Assembly: GCA_002189035.1 (NCBI GenBank)
Contig: NEEC01000004.1
Span: 1,922,001 to 1,986,000, forward strand
Length of the DNA stretch: 64,000 nt
Reading direction: 5' to 3'
Source: Utricularia gibba
Lineage: Eukaryota; Plantae; Magnoliophyta
The stretch's first letter is position 1. Each line of letters begins with the position of its first letter. Under the pieces are notes generated by a model. The model ran no database searches, was not told the DNA's origin, and saw only the letters and a list, made by a program, of their open reading frames with translations. Below are positions 13,750-24,229 of the stretch, piece after piece. The position numbers and the translations under genes were made by a program.

Positions 13750-14841
13750 TGTGTTTCTATGCTTTTGTGACTAGTACCACTGTTGCATCTTTTATTCCTA
13801 ATTGTGATTAAATCTATTATTTAATCTCAACCTTAGTTCTAATAGCTCCCCTGAGTAGTGCAGCATATGTTAATGTAGTTGTAAGAGATGGGGACAAAAG
13901 CTGAAGTACACCAGATCCCAAGGTAAAGAGAAAAAGAAGATTTTTGGAATGATGAGAAGGAGAAAAATATCTCAACCACCTTAGAGGGCACGCCACACAC
14001 TTATGGGGGAGAGATTTGAAAAGAAATTACCAGAAGAAAAAATAAGATGACCTAGGAACGAAGCTTAGATCTAAAGATTGTCTTTTGTTTTTCAAGAATA
14101 TTACTCCCAACTAGAAGTAGTCTACAACATTTTTAGCTTCTTGCTTGAACTTTTTACATTTTGTTCTTATTTGTTTCCTAATTATCAAACAGTGATATGG
14201 ACACAATGTGTTTGATGTTTTGTGTTCTAGTTTTATTTACCTTCAACATAAGTGGCTAAATACACAAAATGCCTTGGGGTAGAAAGGGGAAAGTGATTAT
14301 GTACATGATTGAATGATGTTTTATGTACATGATTATTGCTTGTTAGACTATATTAGTTTGATAATCAAACCATTTTCTTATCCTACCAAGGTAGATCCAG
14401 GAGAAGGAAGTGATTATATTCATCATAAACAACCTAAGTAGAAATAGACAAAAAGTTAGGAAAATTAAGAATTCGAGTACACTTGAATCCTTGTATTATT
14501 AGATGAATGATTATCAAGTTAGGTGGTTAAGTGTTGTAATGATCATGTCACTTCTGGAAGCCTCAAGGCATTGCATTATCGTATTCTAATTAATAGTTGA
14601 ATATGCCTGTTATTTGTTACCGTATTTTATTGTAAACTTGCCTTACTCTTACTTTAGACTAAATTTTTTAACCGTGAAAAAAACAATATGTATTAACCTT
14701 CACACAAAAGCACATAACTCCTTATGTTCGACCTTAATCCACTATGCTTATATTTTCGTACGATTGATTGTGAATTAGGTTAGAAATTTATTTGATACAT
14801 GAATTTGCAATTTTAACGACTTGCATAATTTTCATTTATCA
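13750..14841 (+). mobile_element. 5'-truncated Athila-like LTR
   Basis: Collinear similarity to 42960-44002 and 44901-46072 (CTCCTT.TGTTCGACC.TA.TCCACTAT...TGTGAATTAGGTT...TTTATCA end). Confidence 0.6.
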
Positions 14842-15249
14842 GATGCTTTGGCTGATGACAACATAACAGTTAATGCCAATATGATGCTCTTCAATCATTT
14901 CTTGATAGCACCGCACCGTGTTGTGCCCTTGTTCGAAGCACCACATTTATGGATTAGTACTAGAAAGCATAACACTGCACTTGTTTGCACTCCGTGCTTC
15001 TGAGGATGTTGGAACATCGCTTGTCCTCTACTAAGGTGCTCATGCTCTATGCACAACCTTCCCCACTTCAATCCAATGTTGTGTATACAAGTTACATGTA
15101 CTCATCTTTGGTCCACACTTTCATATGCAATACTATACATATTTGCTTAGAACCTAAAATATTCAATGTATAAACTAACAAGTGAACAAATGTAACAAAA
15201 GTTAGGCATATAGCAATCCGCTAAGTCCACCAAAATGCAAAAACAGCAC

Positions 15250-16790
15250 AAATGGTTCAAGATCTAAGATCAAAGGCTAGACTATGCACAATCACTCGAG
15301 GCAAGAAAGTAGGAAAAGGTCACACGGTTTGAACTAATCATATCCGCTATAGTAAAACGTTAAAGCATAGTGTTAAGGACGAAAATCGGCATTGGGGTCG
15401 GAACTAATTTTCGGGTTATGGAGTTCGTTAGAGGCGTCGAACTCGGGTGTCAGTTTTATGCTTTGTTTGGTGCGTTTTACGAAAATAGAAAAGAACGAAG
15501 AGTTTTTACGTGGAAACCGCCGAGGGATGGAAAAACCATGGAGCTATCGAGGCTCACCGAAGAAGTCTTCACTAGATGGAGGTGGGGAGAGAAGTACAAG
15601 TTGGAGGGCTTAGAGACGAACCCCTTTCTCTTCAGGATTTTTCTTATTTATAGAAGAGGTCGGTCTGACCGAATCCTGAATTCCGTAGATGTCGATCGAT
15701 TTCCGCCCTTGTACTGTGGTCTCGTTTTTCAGATAACCGCCACTTGTTCTGTCGTAATTCAGCAACTTATCAGACTATGCAAAATGGCTGCCGCTATTAG
15801 ATTCTGACAATTTTTGGTATGTCGCCCTTTGTCATACTATCGTAACACCTTTTGGCAGCTTTTCAGGGACTGACTAATCCGATTTGTACCCCATCACATA
15901 GAAAGTTGTAGTGGCATACCTATGATGATCTTCCTACGTGATGCTGGTTCTGTATCAACTCTCACGCCTGCTGCATCACTGTTAATCCCAAGCGACACAA
16001 CTCCTTGCATGCCCATACATTCAGCTCTACATTTCGTGAAAGAACTTCATGTGATCATCACTTCCCCTCAGCCTCCATTTGCTTTGTAAAGACCACCGTG
16101 AGGAGTCAATACTGTTGTGTGATTCGGAGTTCCTACTCTCTAAGGTGACATTCACACCCTCGATGCCACAGCCACATGGGTCACAAGGTCTATTAGTGTA
16201 GGAAAAGTTCATATCTTGTCTAGTGATATCTGGATCGAGAGGACAATCCCAAGATGTATTCACATACTCATCGACCTCTTCGGCGAATTTTCTATTCCTG
16301 GTCGTGCCTACGAAGTTCATAGTATTATTTTCGGTAGCTCGATCCTTTCCAAAGATTTCATGCCACTCCATGTAATATGACCATGCTTTGTATCTTAGCA
16401 TGTGCACCCTCAGTACATGCTGACATAAACACAAGATAAGTACCAGTTATAACACCGCTGACTATAAGGAGATATGTGCCTGGTCAGTTTCCTTCCAAAT
16501 CTCCTCATCGGCATCTACAATGTAGGTTAGATTGTTGAAATCAGTGATCGACCATCCTAAAAAATCGATAAGGAGGTAGTAATTTTTTTTCCATGTGTGC
16601 ATCTTATTGGATATGTGCAAGTGTGCATAAATGTTAGTTCATAGGCAGAGTTTCAAGAACTTTGTCTCTAATGCTTGGTGATACTCACCCTTGAAACCAT
16701 TCTCAATCTTCCAGGCTTCTTTTACTATATGCTTCAGTACATGTAACAAGTCCTTCTCCTCATCTGCCTTCTAGGCCATCTTCGTTTTTT
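15250..16790 (-). pseudogene. Harbinger Myb/SANT-like DNA-binding protein remnant, interrupted by a solo LTR
   Basis: EEKDLLHVLKHIVKEAWKIENGFKGEY...HISNKMHTWKKNY...MLRYKAWSYYMEWHEIFGKDRAT, a Myb_DNA-bind_3-like signature. Stops present. Left boundary approximate. Confidence 0.75.
15371..15896. mobile_element. Solo LTR (526 bp, copia-like)
   Basis: TG...CA termini with perfect 5-bp TSD CATAG (15366-15370, 15897-15901). Homologous to 42415-42936. Confidence 0.85.
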
Positions 16791-17829
16791 TGGTAAAGTC
16801 TTCGATAACATTTGGGTTATATATATACCTATGGTCTACATCTAAGGAAATGAAGCAGAAAGAACAAATCAAAACTAACAACAATGTACAATAAGACATA
16901 TGTAATCGACAAGTAATCCAAGCACCAAAGCCCTCACATACTAGTGAAATCGTTGGAGATCTCGTCGCGTGCTAGCACCGCATTCCTGTAGATGTTGTCA
17001 GTGAGGAAGCGGGAAAACGAATTGTGATATAAAGGGGTGGGAATTTTGAGAAGGGATATATTGATATTTTCATGTATACATTCATCATATATTTAATTTT
17101 ATATTCACACATCAAACATATTTTTATCTTAAATTCAAATAAATTAAACTCATTAACCAAATTCAAATAATTTTCTAAACTTATAAAATCTATTTATCTA
17201 AACCCAAATAAATTAAACCTGAATTTAAGTATTACCCACCAACTAAACATGACATCAGCATATCAACACTTTACACAAACAAAATGAAGTAGAACAGATA
17301 AAGCATAAATGATGGATCAAGAATAACCCTAGGGGACGGGCAGATATTTTTAGGGCGGCCGCTTAACAATTTCCACGTCCAGAATGGTGGCGGCGGGTTT
17401 TCATTACATGGACGTCTGACAAATGCTTTTTATGACATCATGTCTTTTCCTTAATGAAACATATATTGTTATAATAATTGTGTCCCATTTTCTTTTTGGG
17501 TTAATATGTGTCTGCATAATAAAAAGTAAGCGCTACAGTGGGTAATCAGTAATTACAAGAAGAAGGTATTCTATCTAATTTTTTTGATAAATAGTTGTTT
17601 TAAAAACTTATCGATTAGTTATACAATCACAAATAAAACTCAATTTAGTATTTAACTAAATAAATTAAGTAGAGGCGTTTGATTCACCGGGTTCCGGACG
17701 GCTCAACCTTTGGATTTCTAAAAACTGCGTGCTACCAGAAATTTCGTTTCTGGGTAGGTTGACTGGACTTTTCTGTTTTACTTGTGTACGACAACAGACG
17801 CCCGTCACCTTACGGTGCTTCCTTTTCAT

Positions 17830-17837
17830 TACATAAA
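17830..17837 (+). promoter_or_regulatory. Candidate TATA element of OSC-1 (TACATAAA; same at 31929-31936 in OSC-2; canonical TATATAAA at 48546-48553 in OSC-3)
   Basis: Orthologous position 86-87 bp upstream of the ATG in all three copies. Confidence 0.45.
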
Positions 17838-17916
17838 CCACTCACTTATCACAAGTCTCTCCACTACCAAGCCACACATAACACACCCACGCACACCCAG
17901 AGAGAGAGAGGAAGCC

Positions 17917-20900
17917 ATGTGGAAGCTGAAGATAGCGGAAGGGAAAGATTCGCCTTATCTATACAGCACAAACGGGTTCGTGGGAAGACAGATCTGGGAG
18001 TTCGATCCTGAGGCCGGGACGCCGGAGGAACGGGAAGCTTTTGAGGATGCTCGCCGGAAGTTTCAAGAGAATAGGAAGCATGGGTTTCATTCATGCGGTG
18101 ATATGTTCACGAGAATCCAGGTGCTTGATTGGAAGGAGAGGCTACTTGGTGAATTTGGGATCCAGTATTTTGGTTACCAATTGCGTTTCCACGTTTACAG
18201 CTGAAGAAGGAGAGCGGGATTGATCTACTGAGCTTGCCGCCTGCGAGAGTCGGAGAAAACGAGGCCGTCAGCTACGAAACGGCGACGGTGGCCGTGAGGA
18301 AAGCATTGCGTCTTAATCGCGCTATTCAGGCGGTGGACGGTCATTGGCCGGCAGAGAACGCCGGCCCAATGTTCTTCACACCACCCCTGGTACGTGGCAG
18401 CTCGAAGGATACCCTTCTCCTTTCATTTTTTTTTTTAAACAAACTTAATTATCCTGTAATTTCCACTTTTTTTTTTGTTGTACAGATAATCGCACTGTAC
18501 ATAGGTGGAGCCATTAATGCAACTTTAACTTACGAACACAAAAAGGAGATGATCCGTTACATCCTCAATCATCAGGTACTTTTTCGAATGATTTTGTAAA
18601 TTAAAATTTTCAAAACATATTTATTAATCATTTACGTTTTACTCTTTAATGTATTTACCTTTTTTACATTTTTATTAATAACTTATTTTTAGTACTGATC
18701 TATATTAAAAATTTATCTTTATTTTCATCTCTAAATTTTAAATTATAAAATTAAATTTCAAATTATTAATTTAAATAATTTAAATCATAATCTTCAATTA
18801 AAACCTTAAAAATATGATATTATAACTTTAAACTAACCTAAATCAAAATAATAAAATTTATTTATCTTTATTTTAATCTCTAAAATGTCCAAAAACTTAT
18901 TAATATATTATACCCAAAGTATAAATACTGAATTTAAACCTTCAATTGAAACAATAAGGTCTGAAAATAAACTATATTTTTAATAATATTAATATATGAA
19001 AAAATACATCTAATAAATTTATTAAAAATAGAATACATAAAGAATCATAAAGATAAAATAAAATACAAAAAATATCTCTACTTTTATTAATATTACAATT
19101 TTTTTTATAAGATAATATAAATAAAAAAAGTAAATACAAAAAAGTTGAGATATTTACAAAGATAAAAGTATATTATCAATTATATTCTACAATTCAGATA
19201 AAACAATAACAAATTTGAAAACAAGAGTAAAATGAAAATGTTTTTAAAAAACTAGAGAATTTAACCTATTATCTTGTACTCTTTCTAGATTAGATTCTAA
19301 TTAATTCTCTATTTAACCTAATTGTGGTTTCAAATTATGTAACACATTTGTGATTATGACATGATAGAACGCGGATGGCGGATGGGGATTTTACATAGAG
19401 GGGCATAGCACCATGATCGGATCAGCCCTCAGTTATGTCTCGCTGAGGTTACTAGGGTTGGGCCCGGACGATGCGGACGGTGCCGTCGCCAAGGGCCGAA
19501 AATGGATCCTCGACCACGGTGGAGCAACCGGCATTCCTTCCTGGGGAAAAGCATACCTTTCGGTAATTTCATTCCGTTTGTAGGTATTTGTTTGTACGTT
19601 TCATGGGTTGCTAAAACTATATTTGACCAGGTACTTGGAGTGTACGGCTGGGATGGGTGCAACCCTCTTCCACCAGAGTTCTGGTTGTTCCCTTCAGTTC
19701 TTCCTTATCATCCGGGTATGATTCTTCTACAGGGAAACCTACAAGGAAGCTTTGTTTGCCTGATCCCATTCTAATCAGTAGTTTGAATACAAAAATGCAG
19801 CAAAAATGTGGTGCTATTGTCGTACAACATACATGCCAATGTCGTATTTGTATGGAAGGAAGTTCCATGGTCCTCTGACGGACCTGGTCATGTCCCTCAG
19901 ACAAGAGATCCATGTGAGGCCGTACCATCAGATCGATTGGAACAAGGCTCGCCATGATTGCTGCAAGGAGGACGTGTACTTCCCCCACACCTTCGTACAG
20001 GACTTGCTTTGGGATGTTCTTAACTATTGCTCTGAGCCCTTCATGAGGCGATGGCCGCTGAATAGGATACGGCAGAAGGCTCTTGACAAGACGATCAAGC
20101 ACATGCGTTACGGCGCAGAGGAAAGCCGATACATGACCATTGGATGTGTGGAAAAGGTACGTGCGTACATGTTGTTTTCAAGATTACAGCAATATGGTTT
20201 CTCTGTGAGGCAGAGCACATGTGAGTTTGTCGCAAATTTTTATGTGTTGCAGTCTCTACAAATGATGTGTTGGTTTGCCCTTGATCCAAACTGCGAGGAG
20301 TGGAAGTACCACATTGCAAGAGTTCCTGATTATCTGTGGCTAGCAGAGGATGGCATGAAGATGCATGTTTGTTAACTGACTTTACATCTGCATCAACTTC
20401 CATTCCCTTATCAGTTCTTTGATTGGAAATTTACTTGTTTGAATGAAGAGCTTTGGAAGTCAACTATGGGACTGCGTACTTGCAACTCAGGCAATACTCG
20501 CTAGTGGGATGACAGAGGAGTATGGTGACTCTCTAAAGAAAGCGCATTTCTACATCAAAGAATCCCAAGTATGATGATCCATCTATGAACTTCAATTGCT
20601 TTCTCATTTCACTTAGCTTTTGTGAAGGTGGTTTGATTCTTGGTTGAAATGCAGATAAAAGAAAATCCGAAGGGAGATTTTGAAAACATGCACCGGCATT
20701 TCACAAAGGGAGGTTGGACGTTTTCCGATCAGGATCAGGGATGGGTTGTATCTGACTGCACAGCTGAATCACTCAAGGTAGGACTAAACTTCACAAACCC
20801 ACAATCTCTTCCGAATTTAGAAACGCAATAGGGAGAGTCCTCTTTCCCTATGACACTCAATGAGTTGCGCTCTATCTGCTATTCCAGTGTCTGCTTCTGC

Positions 20901-22295
20901 TATCCCAAATGCCAGAGGAAATTGCAGGGGAAAAGGCAAAAGTGGAGGGTCTCTATGAAGCTGTAAACGTACTGCTCTACTTGCAAGTAAGCATGGCTGA
21001 TATACACATCAGGATTTCTTTAATACCTATGGGTTTGCAACTAATCGAAAATTCCGACGATCATCCAGAGTCCTCTGAGTGGCGGATTTGCGCTATGGGA
21101 GCCTGCAATTCCACAGCCTTACTTGCAGGTAAACAATTATCACGTCAAGATATTAGCACACATACTCTTCATCCAATATGCTCATCTCAGAACATTTCGC
21201 AGGTGTTGAATCCATCCGAACTCTTTGCTGACATAGTTGTTGAGCAAGAGTAAGATTTCAACTGCGTTCTTTGGTGGTTCAACAAGAAAGATAAATAACA
21301 CATGTATGTGTATGCAGGCATGTAGAATGCACTGCATCCGTCATGCAAGCACTGGTATACTTCAAGCGCCAGTATCCCGGACACCGTGAGAAGGAGATTG
21401 AGCTCTCCATTGCAAAAGCAGTACACTATCTACAAGAAAAGCAATGGCCTGATGGCTCATGGTGAGCTGTCAGCATACTGTGATCTACTCCACCGATGCA
21501 TACAGCAACAACTCAAATCTGGTTGCGTTGCAGGTACGGCTACTGGGGAATCTGCTTCATCTACGGCACATTCTTCGTGCTTGCAGGACTGGCTTCGGTC
21601 GGAAAGACGTACGAGAACAGCGATGCCGTCCGAAAAGCCGCCAACTTCTTCTTGTCCATACAAAACGAAGAAGGTGGATGGGGAGAATCCCTCGAGTCCT
21701 GTCCCTCTACGGTACTCACTATACATACTTGTTCATTTCAATAGGATGAATGGCGGCCAGATTGCGTTCTTATAAGCTTTCCATTGTTGCAGAAATACAC
21801 TCCTCTAGAAGGAAATCGGACCAACTTGGTTCAAACATCCTGGGCCATGCTCGGACTCATGCTTAGCGGGCAGGTTCGTTATACCGCACTTAAAATAACA
21901 GTGAAATCTTTTAACATATTGTAATCATTCTTTTGTTCTACGAAATGATCCACTCATTTCCACCAATACATTGTCGCATTTCTTACAAACGGAATCTGTG
22001 CTTCCCTTTTAGATGGAAAGAGACCCAAAGCCACTGCATAGAGCAGCCAAGTTGCTGATCAATGCGCAAATGGGGGATGGCGATTTGCCTCAGCAGGTGA
22101 AGCTTAAAACACATCTTTCCAGAAACAAGAAACCTAGTTTATGTGTTGCTTTATACATCATATGACATGCTCTCGCAGGAAATCACGGGAGTGTTCCAGA
22201 AGAACTGCATGCTCCATTACCCTCTACACCGGAACATTTTCCCATTGTGGGCGTTGGGGAAATACAGGAAGCGAGCATGGCCAGGCCAGATCTAG
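17917..22295 (+). CDS. OSC: Oxidosqualene cyclase copy 1 (dammarenediol/mixed-amyrin-synthase-like), intact, 761 aa
   Basis: Exons 17917-18120, 18201-18389, 18486-18575, 19368-19562, 19631-19715, 19801-20156, 20253-20366, 20449-20568, 20655-20777, 20888-20986, 21069-21128, 21203-21249, 21318-21461, 21534-21711, 21793-21873, 22013-22096, 22179-22295. Total 2286 nt, all GT-AG, open frame. Motifs MWCYCR, SDCTAE (D485), VECT (C565) and QW repeats. Confidence 0.95.
18586..19275. mobile_element. AT-rich non-autonomous Mutator-like insertion in OSC-1 intron 3
   Basis: Intron 3 is 792 bp versus 92-93 bp in OSC-2/3. Insert flanked by near-direct repeats GTACTTTTTC (18576-18585) and GTACTCTTTC (19276-19285), with degenerate inverted ends. 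Confidence 0.55.
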
Positions 22296-22534
22296 AACCC
22301 CTCACACGAAAATGTTGATAATGGTCATAAGTGTTTTTATATATTTTTTATACGACAAACATCGAAATCATATAATCTGTTACCTGAACAAACAACGTTG
22401 TTGATTGGAGTCATCAATAGGACTAGACCTGGGCAGGGGTGTCGACTTGGCGGGTAACGAGTTGTACACGTTAAGTCATGACCATATTACAGTTTCACGA
22501 GTCCATGGATATACGGATTCTGACCCCTAACTTG

Positions 22535-22792
22535 GGTGTAAAATGAACTCCCCAAAGGCATGAGAGCTGAGATCAGCAGCAAAGTGCGCAGATGTAAAAT
22601 GGATTCGTATCATCCACAGCAGAGACACGTAAAAGGTGGCTGCTGGTAAGATATTTTTAGAGTTAAAGCTGGCCGTCAACAAATATCCATCGGCATATCC
22701 CACTCTTATGTTTCTAAGGATCATGGAAAAAAAAAAGCAAGGCACTATATTATGTTTGTGAGGGATTGGCTGTTAAATCATTTGTTTTAAGT
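22535..22792 (+). repeat. Non-coding block duplicated at 52715-52972
   Basis: Only 2 differences across 22550-22764 versus 52730-52944. Confidence 0.9.
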
Positions 22793-23368
22793 CAGTGTGT
22801 GGTAGAATCATTTACATCTTTAAATGGGTATATATGTAAACTCAATCGTAAAACAAATATAAGTATATAGGATTAGAGTAGAACATAAAGAATTTTGTGC
22901 TTGCCATATGAAAACTAATGCATTCAATATTTGGCACGGGTGAAGATTAAGTCTAAACTAAAACTAATTTAGTTACGCGATAAAATACAATAAAATAATA
23001 AACAAAAAATTTGGTACTATCTGAACAAGATAATGCAATACTTTGAAGTTCTAAAAGTAACATGATTATTTTTATGCTTATACCATCCATCACACGAAAA
23101 TTTGGTACTCTTTAAGATTACTCCTAAAGAGTTCCATATATCACATTTAACTAACAAATTAAGAGTTCAAATCTATTTAAAATATCATGATTATTACAAT
23201 ACAGCCTACTTATCATTGATACATGTGCTTTATGCTTCCAACCTATTGGGTACGTACCTGATACACGAGATGCGTGGATACGCTTGGATACTTTAATATT
23301 ATTAAAAAAATTAAAAAATATATTAAATAGTTTTTATTATTTCAAGAAGTACCTCTAAGGACAACTCC

Positions 23369-23972
23369 TGATGTGACCCTCTAATCTATAGAGATTAGCA
23401 ACCCACGAACAAGAAGTGATTTTGAAACTTAGAAAGTAACTCACCCAAGTCTATGCTCAAGAGAATGAATCTCTTGCAACCAGACTTCGAAACAAAGAAA
23501 AGTAAGAGCCACACTTCAAAAAGAGAAGGGATTGGAAGTGATAATCCTAGGACACCACAAGCTCAAAGCTTGATAAGTCAAGAGTGTTCAAGCACTCAAA
23601 GAAGATGAGTATCCTTACAACATACATTAAAATGAACTAAAGGTCCTAAAAGAGTACAACTCTAGAGTATTTATACTTTAGGATTGAGCTCTAACATTAC
23701 TTGATCCAAACTAAATGAAATAGAAAAGTCTAACAAGCCCAATGCTCTAAGATAAATCCACCTTCATGTAGTTGAGCTCTTTTGATGGGATGTCTTCAAG
23801 CCCATGCTTGATTCCAATAGTATTAAGGAGGGCCTTAAGTGTATCTTCAAGCATCTTGGTTTTGTTCCTAGTCATTAATCCTGATGGAATGATCTTTGTC
23901 TCTAATATGTTCACTTGGACAAACTCCTTATCATTCTTTAAATACACTTCATTATCTTCTTGGGGCTCATCA
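23369..23972 (-). mobile_element. Solo LTR (604 bp, CRM/chromovirus-like termini)
   Basis: TGATG...CATCA termini, perfect TSD ACTCC (23364-23368, 23973-23977) and a minus-strand TATAAATAC. Confidence 0.85.
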
Positions 23973-24229
23973 ACTCCTATACAATTCTTGCAAGAGCTAG
24001 AGAAGTAGCTACGAGTAAAGCACTTGATGATACGGCTTTACAAGTAGCATTGCCCTTCTTCACTCATGCGATATTGTTGGATCAGGCTTTTGCCCATTGG
24101 AATAGACTTCTAATTTTTCAATTAGTTACCTATTTTATCTAAAGTAAGGAATGCTTAGATTTGCTTCTTGATCATATCTATTGTTTTTTTTTTCAAAAAT
24201 CATGAATCAAGAAAATAGAGATTCAGATT

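Larger units (their letters stand above)
7661..17253. mobile_element. Putative PIF/Harbinger element (transposase and Myb/SANT genes tail-to-tail) expanded by nested insertions
   Basis: Inverted end motifs CATGTTTGGTTGG (7663-7675) and CCAACTAAACATG (17239-17251), a 12/13 match, bracket both Harbinger genes. TSD not clean (TGA vs TCA). Confidence 0.45.

Noticed and set aside
17782-18204. Longer ORFs starting upstream of MWKLK (also 31881 and 48464)
   Set aside because: They begin at non-ATG codons upstream of the TATA and run into intron 1. MWKLK is the standard OSC start.
19617-20102. 161-aa antisense ORF present in all three OSC copies (also 33017-33502 and 49673-50158)
   Set aside because: It is the antisense shadow of exons 5-6. 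Conservation is explained by recent duplication, and it has no recognisable domain.
20157-20252. Stop-free introns with lengths divisible by 3 (OSC-1 intron 6; OSC-2 introns 14 and 16)
   Set aside because: Not consistent across copies and expected by chance for short introns. No sign of functional retention.
22427-22537. Tiny hAT-like MITE (AGGGGTGTC...TGACCCCTA) downstream of OSC-1
   Set aside because: The putative TSD matches only 6/8 and the TIRs are short; too weak to call.
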